From positions 252,680 through 316,679 of the forward strand of contig NW_018406620.1 in NCBI RefSeq assembly GCF_002113885.1: a stretch of 64,000 nucleotides of DNA. The letters run 5' to 3'. The translations under genes were made by a program, and so were the position numbers. The notes under the pieces were generated by a model. That model had not been told where the DNA came from. It did no database searches and saw only the letters and a list, made by a program, of their open reading frames with translations. This DNA comes from Mizuhopecten yessoensis. Its lineage: Eukaryota. This document shows positions 38,501 through 52,100 of the stretch, piece after piece. Position 1 is the first letter of the stretch, and the number at the start of each line of letters is the position of its first letter.

Positions 38501-40620
38501 TAAGCTGTACAATTGACGTCACATAATCAAGTTATCCTGTTATAGAATGAAAATATTCCATGTTAATTACTACATAAACCATCTAACATTTGGGCAAACA
38601 AGAGTGATTAATATAAGTTGTAAAAGTTTGTTTCATGATTGTTGTAAAATAAAAAAATAAAATTAGAAATCATCATTCTATCAAAGAAAAAAATAAACAT
38701 CACGTTTTTTCTCTTGGTGCATTGACACTCTCACAATGATAATGAGTACTCCATTTTCTTTGTTAATTTAATATTATCTACTCTAAGGGTATTCAGATTT
38801 TCGTAATAGTAAATTAATATTATATATACATGTAGTTATATAACGTAGATACAATAATGGGAACAGACTCTACGTGTTAGGGTTAAACCATTGTCCTTAT
38901 CCATACCTTCCATCTACGTCATTATACAATTCTACCAGAGAACGCCACATCCCCGTTGGATAAGTAACTGCGCTTCATGCAGCACTCTATTTTGTTACTA
39001 TCGATTCCGGATTTATATATAAAATTTCAAGGAACATACGTAAAGGTTAATTTCCCTCCATAGTCGAAATCAGAAACTTTGGGAATCGGCCAGTCAGCAA
39101 GTCACATGATACTAGATGATTTCGTAAGCAATAAAAGCCGTATTGATCATTTCGGCAGAAAATGTAGAAAAGTTAAAAAGTCAGCTAACGTAACTAACAG
39201 GTTATTTGCGCACGATGGCGAATTGGTCAGATAATTATACTGAAAATAAACGAAATTAAAGCTAACCATACATTGCTTCTACCGATCTTGTCTACACACG
39301 CAATCGCTTAGGGTAACAACAACGATAGTCTATATGGTTAGCTATATATATATATATATGGAGCGTACATAATTCATACATTCTAGTGTATTGTATTATT
39401 GTATTGTGTTGGGGGAGTAATCAAACGCCGTAATTGAGCATCTGCGTGTTTTGTGACTGACAACTAAAATACATTATGTAAGCTTGCTTAGTTGAAGCGA
39501 AATGGATGCCAGTTTCCGGGATAGATATTTACAACAGTTACAGAGCTGTATGTGTATGTGTGCGTGTCAGATGTAAACATCTTAAGGATATAGATATGTA
39601 TGTATATATATATACATCTATATTTATATTTCTCTGGTACTAGTTACAACATTGAGTGTTCTTCAAACGGTCTGGTACGACAGACATTACAAACATCCGG
39701 GTAACCATATATGCATTAGTTTGGTGAAAATTTCAATCAAAATTTTACATTATTATATTAAGTGGTTTGCTGCATATCAATGCTCGGTGACGTATCAGTA
39801 CTGTATATATATGTGCCATCTGTGTTTCTCAATACATCATAACATCTGATTCAAACTCTCACCATTGGATTATAAGTGCATTGTATGAAAACAGCAATGA
39901 CCATATAGTATTCTTCATCGTGACGGAACAGCAAAGTAACATATTATTTATATTTATACCTGGAGGGATATATACTGATCGTTTGACTAAATATTTGGTT
40001 TGCATATTTGACCTACGTGGTCCGGAGCTTGGTCAGCATATTTGACCAAAGTGGCCGGAAGAATGTCTTGTTGACATGTGATTGACACGTTGTCAATTTG
40101 TACGTTCAATAATTCTTTCAACGAGATCTTGTCAGTTATTTGACCAACGCTGTCCGGAGAATATCTAATTAACAGGTAAATCAAATTACGGTCACCTTTG
40201 ACGTGCAGTTTACACAAGGTATATAGTCAGATTTCTTGGGTTTTGATAGCGATCATACATATCTTGTTGACCTTTAATTCACCGGTTGATGACCTGCGGA
40301 CGATGTCCCCTACCAAATGACCAGTGTGGTCAGTCACTCAGACATACCCTTCGGGGAAAGTCCAGAGAATGTCCCGTCGCGGATAAAAATAGTGACTAAA
40401 AGCCACGGTTTGTCCCTACAGGTAAATGACTGCTTGCGTAGTAAAGTTAAAGTTTATACAGCTTACGATACTCTACTGGGGATAAACTCATACTAGGGGT
40501 AAGGTGTCTTACAGTTTATTTATGCATTTATGCAAAGTACTTTCAAGGTCAAGTCAATGCCATATTGTTCTAGTCAGTTAATACACAGATATACAATTAA
40601 GAGGTTTATCACATATGCCT

Positions 40621-40704
40621 TTAACTTATTCACCCCTGAAGACACATTTGAACTTTTCCAATTCAAATTTTGGAATAGTTCATTATGAAATTTCAGGGGT
40701 GAAT
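40621..40704. mobile_element. Short MITE, same family as 775-858
   Basis: TTAAcTTATTCACCCCTGAAGACACATTTGAAC...TTCAGGGGTGAATA. Confidence 0.7.
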
Positions 40705-40895
40705 ATATTTTGAAATTAATAAATGCCGGTAAGAATGTGATCAGTTTACTAGTTACAGACGACAAGTTATAATGCAGATAATGGCATTATACCTGCGTGA
40801 TACACACACTTATATAATTACCCAGGCTAAATCTTTACATTTTCAGTTGATAACATGCTGATTAATTTATATACTGAGGGATTCTTCCTTTAATG

Positions 40896-40994
40896 GTTGA
40901 TTGATTGGTTGGTTGGTTTGTTGGTTGGTTAGTTAGTTGGTTAGTTGGTTAGTTGGTTGGTTGGTTAGTTAGTTGGTTAGTTGGTTGGTTGGTT
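40896..40994. repeat. (TTGG/TTAG)n microsatellite, probably an expanded SINE tail
   Basis: Tetranucleotide run followed by GGTTTAAGGTCCCATCAACA. Confidence 0.85.
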
Positions 40995-43098
40995 GTACAG
41001 GGTTTAAGGTCCCATCAACATCTAAAATGGAAATATGTATATTTTTCATCGTAACAAGGTGATAAAGTTGAAGACAGGCAGGTTCTTCCTATAATGTTGA
41101 AGAAGTGACATTTAATTACAAAATGAAAATAAGTAAATCTTAGTTCTAACGAATGACAAGATAAAACAAATCGTAATATATAGAAGTACTGACGGATGTT
41201 TTCAAATATATTTGTAACTTTACGAGTCGTTACATTTGCCGATGACTTAATATTTTTTGAAGTTATTTAAACTGAATTGATTTAATCATACATGTTTGTT
41301 ATATTTGTATACATATTATGTATTCATATATTGTATACCTTATTGCATATTTATGGTATATATATATATATATTAGTTGAATATTTGCTAATATTTCAAA
41401 CCAATATAATATGTTTTTCTTTAAACTCGTAACTTTGTTATAGACAAATTAAAGCACAAATCAGCGCTCACATCCTTTTTAGTGATTTGAATTTGTGTAA
41501 TAATAAGGGTTTAATTGGATACCTATTTAAATAAACAATTTGGAGTCTTAAACGAGGCAGAAAGGCAGATTGGACAAAAATCTTTTAACATTTCGGCCTA
41601 TGCTATTTCTCAAGATTGTGTTAACTTTCTCCCTGTTCCAAACCCTAGATCCGCCCCTACGTAAAATGTACATTAAAAGTGGTGATACTTAATAGGTCTA
41701 ATACATATTTAAAAGTCGAAGTATTAGAGGAATGAACATTGTATCTTTAAATCATACGATACGTTAATATGTTGCTAGCCAGTAATCACATAATAGCTTG
41801 TAAAACCGAATAGCATAAAAGCATTCTACATTGTAAGAGCGTACAAGATGACGCTGATAACAGTGTATCATCATTAGTATAACATATATATTTTTGAAAA
41901 TTAAATATACCACGTGATCATATATCTTCATGTAGAATGAACTAAACATTTAAATGCAATCACATAAGTAATTATTTTATTTGCATAATACCACCATGTT
42001 AATTGGTGACGGATTCTAATTAGCGGAATCTAGTTAACGTGTTTGCGTGTATCGACCCTGCCTGTGTCCATGGATAATAAGAAAACAAGTACCACCCCTC
42101 CCACATCAAGTAACACCATACTAGCTAACAATGGCTGGCCAGATGTCACTAGCTATTTAATTATATACTATCTATATTGAATTTGCACATGCAGGTACAG
42201 TACGTGGTTTGAGTAGCTGTACATGTACGTGGCGAGAATTTGACCACTCGATTTAGTTGCTGGATATACATGTAACACAGTTCGGAATACCGGTGAATCT
42301 AACACACATCAATAAATTGACAACGGAGTAACATTGACAGTCTCCAGTAGAGATATAACATGATTTGATGCGGTTTTTTCCAATCAGATTCCTATATTTG
42401 ATCATGTGGCTAAAGTGTCAGTACAAATTGCATTACACAGCGAAAATGTTACCGTCACAAACGATAGCACTATTAAAACTGTATCAAATAAGATAACACG
42501 TTGTTTTCCTCCCACAGGAATTGCTCAACAGCGTGTTTCCCGCCTTGGATGTCTCCTGGATGCAGTCGGAACGTTCCCGCCAATTCACAAACTATTTTGG
42601 AACATTTGCGGACGGGAACACTTGATGTAAACACGACGATCGAGATATCTCTAGACTTTACCTTTAGTATATACACACACACACAAAACGAAACGATTAC
42701 GTAAAAGGAATACCTAGAGGGCAGAAGTTTGACTGACATGTTACATGTACCTAATTAAGGACGGTCTGAGGCTTGTCGGTGATTGACAGATTGACAGTGG
42801 ATATACCTGTCGGACGATTTACTCAACTGTATTTACCTCTAATCATTCTTTACCTGCATCAAATGACGCCTTAACCAGGTGTTATTAGATTATCTAAAAA
42901 AATCGAGTGCAGAATTGGATACATGTGATTAAGTACGAACTTCAGTGGAAACATGTACAAGTGAAATTCGTTTTGTCGCCGTGTGTGGCAGATTTAAACA
43001 AGATTTGACATTTACAAGAAATTTGGATTTAAATATACACCTTGACTATATACAAGATAAGTGTTTACCTGGGAGTGTATACCTAACTGCGCAACAGG

Positions 43099-43142
43099 AT
43101 GTCTTTTTTACCTGGAGGAACAAGACTTGCCAGTATGAAAAG
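43099..43142 (+). CDS. Candidate first coding exon of PRR5-like (MSFLPGGTRLASMK|R)
   Basis: ATG (aggATG) after an in-frame TAA; strong donor AAG/gtaaga; phase 2 joins 53628 to give ...SMKRHSLANV. Confidence 0.5.
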
Positions 43143-46100
43143 GTAAGAGGTATAAACCAAGGTCAGACTTAACATGTCCGATTCATTTATGTTGACAATT
43201 AATGCTGTAGCTTCTTTAATATGAAAATTCATTCACAGTAATGAATCATCTGCTTGACATTTGCAAAGACTGTGTGTGGACCTCTTTTCGAAACCACAAT
43301 GTACGCCCGCCTCAATTTAATGTTTTCGGGATAATTTGTTTTAGCCGCTGTATTGTTTTAAATGATTTTATTACTTTTACTGTAACCATTTTTGTTCAAA
43401 TTTTTGGAAAACACAAATTTTGATTACACAAGAATTCCTGCCAACTTCAAAATAAAGAAAGAAATTTAAATTCAAATGTTCATTTCCTATCTTTCATAAT
43501 AGACACGAGGAAAAAAAAAGAAATATTAGAAAAGGAAGAAAAATGGACAGTTAATTTATATTTGAATATTAAAGTGATTTTTAAAAAATCTTTCGAAGGC
43601 AGGCAAGTTTGAATGCATTTTGTTTTTTGTTTTATCTCGGGATGATCACAGCATATGAACAGAACGGAGATAATGTTAAACTATGTATTTATGAAAAATC
43701 CTGAACAAATCTATAGTCATTCGTTATCCCCTTACTATTTCACGAAAAGAAACATGGAACTTTTAGTATCTAGGCATGAAACAGCTATGACATGAACAAT
43801 AAATACATCTGCATATTCGAACACACTCCTCGGTTATATTTCTATTTTTTCCCGTTTGAATAATGCTATACTGTACACAAGATACAAATCGGACAGACAG
43901 ACGAACGCACTGACGAGCCCTTATCAATGCATGGAGACGGACATTAGTCCATTATTACGAAATGTTATTAACATCGTTTTGAAATAAAACAAACATATGT
44001 GTTGAATAAGCGTGGAAGAGGGCACAATTTTCAATATGGACCGGATGTTAATTTTACCCGGCTACCCCATCTTGGCGCAAATTAAAGCATAACTGGATAT
44101 TATTCAAGAAATGTACAAAATCACTCACGTACAATACATGTGTGACTAATCAGGGTGGATGAGTTGGCACATATGTAGAATATCTAGTGTGAACTGGAAG
44201 ATAAGTTTACTGTGCGACGCCATCGTGCCGCAAAGCACCTCGGGACATTAACATGTATCAACCTATCCACGTATACATGTACTACAATGGTTTTATACAT
44301 ATCTGCAACAACGGATAAAACTTTTCTTATCAGGAAGTTTCTGATAGTTTATATTATGTAAGTATTACCACTTGCATTTTGACAATCTCAACGTTCAACA
44401 ATTGGTTCTTTTCCCCCTGATATACTATTAATTACCGGCGGCGTCCCCTCAAAAACACATCTAAACACACTGTACATGTAGTCGGTTCTTCTAAAAATGT
44501 GACCGGAAGAAATAAGCGTCATGAAACTGTTTCCATGTTTTATCATTAAACATAATTTTCTATGTATCCTACAACTCATATGAAGCAAGTTATTCCAAAT
44601 TATATTAATCATCCTTTTTGCTCCATGGAAGCGAACAGAGGGTCTCTTAATGTGGTAGGAAACCGGAGTACCTTGAGAAAACCCATGTGATCGGGAATGT
44701 TACCAAATACGTGTACCTTTTCCCGTCAAACCAGGTAATCGAACCCCAGCCATTTTGGTGAAATGCGAACACGTTATCCATTGCGTCATCCGACCATCCC
44801 ATAATATTTCAGTCAAATTGAACATAAAAGTAGTTCTCGATTGGATTTGTAATCTTAGGCACCATCTTATGTCTGTATTTGTTGCGTTGGCGTAAAACCG
44901 TTGGTTGTCAGTGTCAGTATGTTAGCTGTGTAGAGTGGAATAAAGTATAAAATGGACAGATTTAACTCTGGGCTATCGGCCATGCTTTTTACCCATTGTA
45001 TATATTTCCTGTGATAAGATCAGAAAACGTAATTACTAAGCAGAAGAATCGGACGAACTGGGCTACTGGTATGAACAGTTTTACATGTATCTCCAGGGCT
45101 ACATCTTTTACTAATGGTTTCTAGGGACCGATTGACCCACTGACCTGATTATATCCTGTACTAATGTCCAAAACTGACCTTTTGAAATTGACCATATGTG
45201 TTCTGTGTATTCGTGTGTTCGTACCGATGTAGGTATCTCCAGTACATCTGGGATATTTCTCATTTCCCGGGAACACACAGCGAGATAGACACTTATGTTT
45301 GCAAATGAATGATTGTTATCATTCTTTGGAACCTAATATACATTTTATCCATAGAAACGGTCGTTATGACAAATGTTCTCTTCATGGACGGCTGATGGTA
45401 ATCTCTCTGTGAGTATTAAAAATGGTGGATGACGAATCAGTTACGGGGCTGTTTCGACAATAAACTAACGTTTGGGGGTGCGTCTGCCCAACCATTATTA
45501 ATACATAATGTATTTATATCTTGATTCATGTTATGAATTATGACAGTTAAGGATTGTGTGCCACTGCAAAAACCGTGGTTATAGATTGGAAGTGTTTTTA
45601 CTGAATTGAAAATAGCTCGAATTTATCATTTCTGAAAAAAAACTTGCAAACCTTATATGATGAATAGTTAAAATGTAAAGTCATGGCAAAGAAGTTGGAC
45701 GTAAGAGTCTTACAATTGTATAGATTTGAGACCGAGGAATGATACATAAATTTGTCTTGGCTTGTTCCAGCAGAAATGCATCGGTCGAACGCTGTAATTT
45801 CCAATGTTTTGGCATCGGCATTGCATTACTAAAAGATTCGGTCCGAGATAAAGCCGTGTTATACAAGAGGAAAGATCAATTGTTTTGTACTCGGAAGAAT
45901 ATTGGTACAGAATCTCATATGTATAGAAATATAGGAGCATACCGTAAGTAAAGCGCCATCGTCTATTCAATGCCGTGATAGCTGTTATGCAGATGGATGT
46001 CGGCAGCCTCCTTACTGCATACGAGACAGTGTTAAGAACAAAATAATGTCGATGAATTTCTAATGCATGCGAAACAGATGAAAAATCGGAATACAGCGTA

Positions 46101-49100
46101 GCGGTTCGAGTGCTACATTCCCCATTTGAGGGTCAGTTCGCATAGAAAAAAATGACGTCAGTAATTTTAGTTGAAATGAGTTTGGGAAACGGACAGATAA
46201 AAAAAAAGTTCAGCTCATCTCATTTTCTGAATGTTTGTATGTTAATTCAAATTTAAATGTTATTTATTCTCATCAATCAAGCATAACTTTGACACAGTAA
46301 ATAACTAAAGATAAATAAGTCAGTAAGTATATTTATATATGCCCTAGTGAAGCAGGATTAATAAAAGGTTAAAACATATTTCTAGAGAGGTTCCGAATAA
46401 TTAAACTATGTCAAGGGTATCGCGAGCACGAGAGGTTAACACGATATTTTCCCCTGACATGTGATGGATATTATCCAATCATACACGCGGTTATATAAAT
46501 GAGATATAATAAAATATATCATTTGAAAAATTATTTAATCGGACATTGTGATTCATAGACAAAATGTCGAGTCTTTGATTTTTAAGAAAATTTACATTTT
46601 TAAACGACCTCGATCTCCCAGGTGTTCCTCATAGCATGGTGTCTGGTGTCCAAACCGAGTTTTGGTCATATGTGATTGCTTGTCCATTGAGACATTCTGA
46701 CAGGCCATCTCGTCCTGAGAAAACTATTCCGTATCCGGAACAGGATTTTTCCGGATTATTGAGTCCGTTTAGTGATATAGAAATCCGTCCCTAGAATATA
46801 CATACCAAATTAGTTCCTTGGAAATAATATTATGAAATGCATTTCCTCGAATCACAATGTAAGCAAATTATGATATTCTGGAAGCTGCGCATTGAAGTCA
46901 TTTTATTTTTCACGTCATTTTTGTTTCGTTATACAGTATAAAACCCTTTTTTTCTATGCTTATGCTAATCTTCCATGGACTGTTGGATCGCTAATAAGCA
47001 AAACAAATATGCTGTTGAATAACAACACATTATTGAATTGATACTCTTTTCCTGGCCAAATTTACGCGAAAATGAACACACACCCTAATATGAGCAATAC
47101 ACAGTAAGTGACTGAATTTCGCCATCTTCGCAGTCTCCAAATATAGAGCAATATTGAATCTACACAGATTAAAAAAAATTCAATAACGAAAATGCAAAAT
47201 AAACCTAAATAACCAAATACGAAAGTACCCTATTGAGGAAGTGTTGCGCGATATTTAATCCCTGGGAACTAGTTCCGATAAGGACAACCGCGAAATATTA
47301 ACCCCTACGAAATTTGATAACTTTACAGGAAGTGGCCTGTTTTCAAAATCACTATTTGACATTATCTGTGGTTGATGTTCGACAGGAAAAGCTCCAAACC
47401 ACGGAGCGGTCAAACCGGGCAATTGGGATGAACACTTGACATTTGTTTAATTACTAACAGAGATAGCAAGGAGAAATAGAAATTATTGATTTCGATATAA
47501 AGTATGTCCTTGGTGATTGGTTGAATCTTAACTGGTGTCTAGTCTAAAATACGAAATGTATCATTGTTAAATTTGTCATACATCATTATTTTACCACAAT
47601 GCATGTATTGGAAATACAGTAACATGAATAGGTTTTTCCGATTTCCGAAGTAAGTACAAGTAACATGCAAAGTACATTCATCCGATACATCAATTGGCCT
47701 AATAGAATCTGTATTAGGGTTTTTTAATATCACTAAAAGCAAATACTTCTCTGCCAAGATCTTAACGGAAGCACGTGTGATTGATGTCAGGAAACGTGTG
47801 TGGAAACACGTGTTTCATTACGTTAACACACGTGTTTCGACACATTCATATTAATATGATTGACTCATATGCTTCTGTATCCTGCCCAAGTACACATGGT
47901 ATACACATCATAGATATATATTCGCTAGCAATCTCGCTGTCTCTGATAAGTAAATGTCATCTATTTATCAGTATTTCCGCTTTTCCGAGATAATGACCCC
48001 GTGCACTATGGACCAGTGATAATTTATCGGGCACCTCTGTGTAGATTTTCTATGTACATATGTGTGCCAATTCAAAGTGGTCGTCTATATTGGGATTATA
48101 GCACGTATTTCATTCTTCACGCAGTTCGATTCCTTGTGGTGACAATGCATTTGTGTGGTCAGTGATTGGTGTGCTGGTATACGTATCGTTCTCTCGTGTG
48201 TCCATGTGTATTTTCTGCATCCTTCGTTGTTCTCTTGTAGATCTAAGTAAGTAATGGGCGCCGATTATTGTTCTCCTTGGCGGTCTTTAATTGATTTGCG
48301 GTGAACATTTACTTCCGGTTTTGTTGCTCGGTTATCTGAGACAACTGGATCGTCGTTTGGTTACTTTGTTGCACTGTGCAACCATCTGTTCCCTTGTGAT
48401 ATATCTATAACCGGTACTGCCATATCACCTTGTCCTTTGTTACTGGTTTCTGTGTGATATAACTAACCGGTACTACGTTATTACTAGTTTCTGTGTGATA
48501 TAACTAACCGGTACAGCATTATTACTGGTTTCTGTGTGATATTACTAACCGGTACAGCCTTATTACTGGTTTCTGTGTGATATAACTAACCGGTACAGCC
48601 TCATTACTGGTTTCTATGTGATATAACTAACCGTTACTACGTTATTACTAGTTTCTGTGTGATATGACTAACCGGTACTACGTTATTACTGGTTTCTGTG
48701 TGGTATACCTAACCGGTACAGCCATATTTCTGGTTTCTGTGTGATATTACTAACCGGTACAGCCTCATTACTGGTTTTTATGTGATGTAACTAACCGGTA
48801 CAGCTTTATTACTAGTTTCTGTATGATATAACTAACCGGTAAAGCATTATTTCTGGTTTCTGTGTCATATAACTAACCGGTACTTCATTATTACTGGTCT
48901 TTGTGTGATATAACTAACCGGTACAGCCTTATTACTAGTTTCTGTGTGATATAACTAATCGGTACTTCCTTATTACTGGTTTCTGTGTGATATAACTAAC
49001 CGGTACTTCATTATTACTGGTCTTTGTGTGATATAACTAACCGATACAGCCTTATTACTAGTTTCTGTGTGATATAACTAATCGGTACTTCCTTATTACT

Positions 49101-52100
49101 GGTTTCTGTGTGGTATAACTACCCGGTACAGCCATATTTCTGGTTTCTGTGTCATATAACTAACCGGTACAGCCTTATTACTGGTTTCTTTGTGATATAA
49201 CTAACCGGAACTTCCTTATTACTGCTTTCTGTGTGGTATAACTAACCGGTACAGCCATATTTCTGGTTTCTGTGTCATATAACTAACCGGTACAGCCTTA
49301 TTACTGGTTTCTGTGTGATGTAACTAACCGGTACATCCTAATTATCGGTTCTGTGTAATGTAACTAACCGGTACAGCCTCATTATTGGTTTCTGTGTAAT
49401 GTAACTAACCGGTACAGCCTCATTACTGGTTTCTATGTGATGTAACTTACCGGTACAGCCTTATTACTGGTTTTTGTGTAATGTAACTAACCGGTACAGC
49501 CTCATTACTGGTTTCTATGTGATGTAACTTACCGGTACAGCCTTATTACTTGTTTTTGTGTAATGTAACTAACCGGTACAGTCTCATTACTGGTTTCTAT
49601 GTGATGTAACTAACCGGTACAGCCTCATTACTGGTTTCTATGTGATATAACTAACCGGTACAGCCTTATTACTGGTTTCTGTGTGATGTAACTAACCGGT
49701 ACATCCTAATTATCGGTTCTGTGTAATGTAACTAACCGGTACAGCCTCATTACTGGTTTCTATGTGATATGACTAACCGGTACAGCCTCATTACTGGTTT
49801 CTGTTAATGTAACTAACCGGTACAGCCTCATTACTGGTTTCTATGTGATGTAACTAACCGGTACAGCCTTATTACTGGTTTCTGTGTAATGTAACTAACC
49901 TGTACAGCCGCATTACTGGTTTCTATGTGATGTGACTAACCGGTACAGCCTCATTACTGGTTTCTATGTGATATAACTAACCGGTACAGCCTTATTACTG
50001 GTTTCTGTGTAATGTAACTAACCGGTACAGCCTCATTACTGGTTTCTGTTTGATATAACTTACCGGTACAGTCGATCGAAGTGGTAATTACAATGTTAAG
50101 TGGTAAGTGTCGTGGTCACCGGTCCTATGTGTAGGTTTACCACCTCTTCGTGTTGGTTTCTGTACACATCGTTTCCTCCTGTAGTCAACCATCCTACTTG
50201 GGGTCAGTCGTGTCCGAAAAATGTCGGACGAAGATCTAAGACGGGCTGTGACTGACCCTGCTTCACGGTTAAACAGACATGCCGTGTCTACGTGAGTATA
50301 ACGTAAACAAAATTAAATTGTCACTAACATCCGCCTAGTCAATAAAAAAATATTCAGTTGAAGATTTACAAGAGTTTGAGAGGCTTTCGGTGTTTTTGAA
50401 CACAATTTTCTTTATCAAGTCATCGGCACGTGAATATTAATTAAATGTGATCGATTTAGTCTGGTTTATGTGCAGACATACATGTATGTTCAAGATGTAT
50501 CAATGTACATGTAGTCTAATTTGTGTTAAGAGTTTAAGTTTTGTTTTATGAAGCTGATGTTGAAAGTATTTTTTTAGTCTAAATTGTGTTTACGCAGATG
50601 TTGTAGATGTCCTTACTCAGAAGTTTTGTTTTCATTGAGCTGGAGTTGACGAGATATCGATTTAGTCTAAATTGTGTTGAGACTGATATTGTTGATGTTT
50701 CGATTGAATCGGTGTTATGTGTTGTTGAAGGTGTATCGATCGGTGTTTTGACTAAAAACTTGAAACAATAACAAGTTTTTTTATATAATTTCTTGTCACT
50801 AGCTTTTAGAATTGGCTAATTTTTATTCTACAATGTCCAATTCCTTTGTACCATAACCAATAAAAGGTCCCTTTCGACGTTTTCCTCACCAGAACGTTTC
50901 GCCGTCGTAGTTTTGCATACAATGGCACGTCCTTGTTGACGCCTTATGTTTACGTCATTTTTGAAGGTCATGAGGTCAAAGTACCCGGTCACGAGTTCTC
51001 TCATAGCCAACGTTATTGCTGTACTACGCACAAGTGATCAATATTCACGTTGAGTAACTGCTTGCCTGAGCGTGATATAAGATACGCTAGATTTGATGGA
51101 CGCACTCATACACCATGTAACGTAGTGTCTTGTTTCGTGAAGTTACACTCTGTTTTTCATCTGGGATGTTGAATTACATGCAAAATTGTATAAATTTATG
51201 ACCATCGCGATCCGCTACGCATATCCTTGTCACGTGCTGGGTTTCAAATAATTTCATTATGCAATTAAGTACATGGTATGAACATTTCGCAGACAGCGCA
51301 TGCCGTTTTACGAGAACATTTTATTTCAGATTCTCAAAAACGTAATTGAATCAGTGAAGTCAAATTTAACCCAATGAAAGACATTCTTTTGTTAGTTATA
51401 GGAGAAATTTATAATTCAACTAGACCTAACTAGGCCTACAAAATGTAAATGAATAACGATTTCAAGTTAAAAAAAAAACCACGAAATAAGAAAAAACGAT
51501 TATCTGAGGAAGTTTAGATTTTAGTGGCGGGGGAGGACACTCCTAAATGTCACTCATTTGCGATTGAAGGGAGGGGCATGCACCCGGACTAAGAGGGTTT
51601 CGCGCGTTCGGCGCTCGCACACAGGTCTTTGTAGCAAGAAAAACTACAAAAGAAATTGCAATGTAATTGAAATGTAATATGTCTTCATCTGACGTCACAG
51701 ATAGTACTAACTTATTGCGCGGACGTTCACATCCAGTCGTGAGTAATTACGCACTATGTGTATTGTATTCCTACTCCCTACCAACGATACGCCGTGTATT
51801 AATGTAAGAACAATTATCACGTAAATAACAAAGGTAACGGACAGACTTTGATATTAATTTCATAATGTACCTTTATGTAAGTAACAGACAGATATACAAA
51901 CGTCATACAGTACATACAAGGTATGAGACAATAGAGGCTGCTAGTGTAAAGGAGAACAACAGGATATTCAGTTAGAAACATCAACATTGTTTCGTCCGTC
52001 ATTCCATTCTTCCGTCCTTCCTTTCCTCCCTTCTTTTTCCTTCCTTGGCTCCCTCCTCCATTTCTCATTCTCTTTCAGATTCAACGACTGCTTCCTTTAT

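Noticed and set aside
42518-42630. Acceptor-led open frame ELLNSVFPALDVSWMQ...
   Set aside because: No homology recognised, ends in a stop and does not fit the PRR5 frame; possibly UTR.
48441-50070. Possible CRISPR array or repetitive CDS
   Set aside because: No spacers; the 41-nt period is not a multiple of 3 and stops are frequent.
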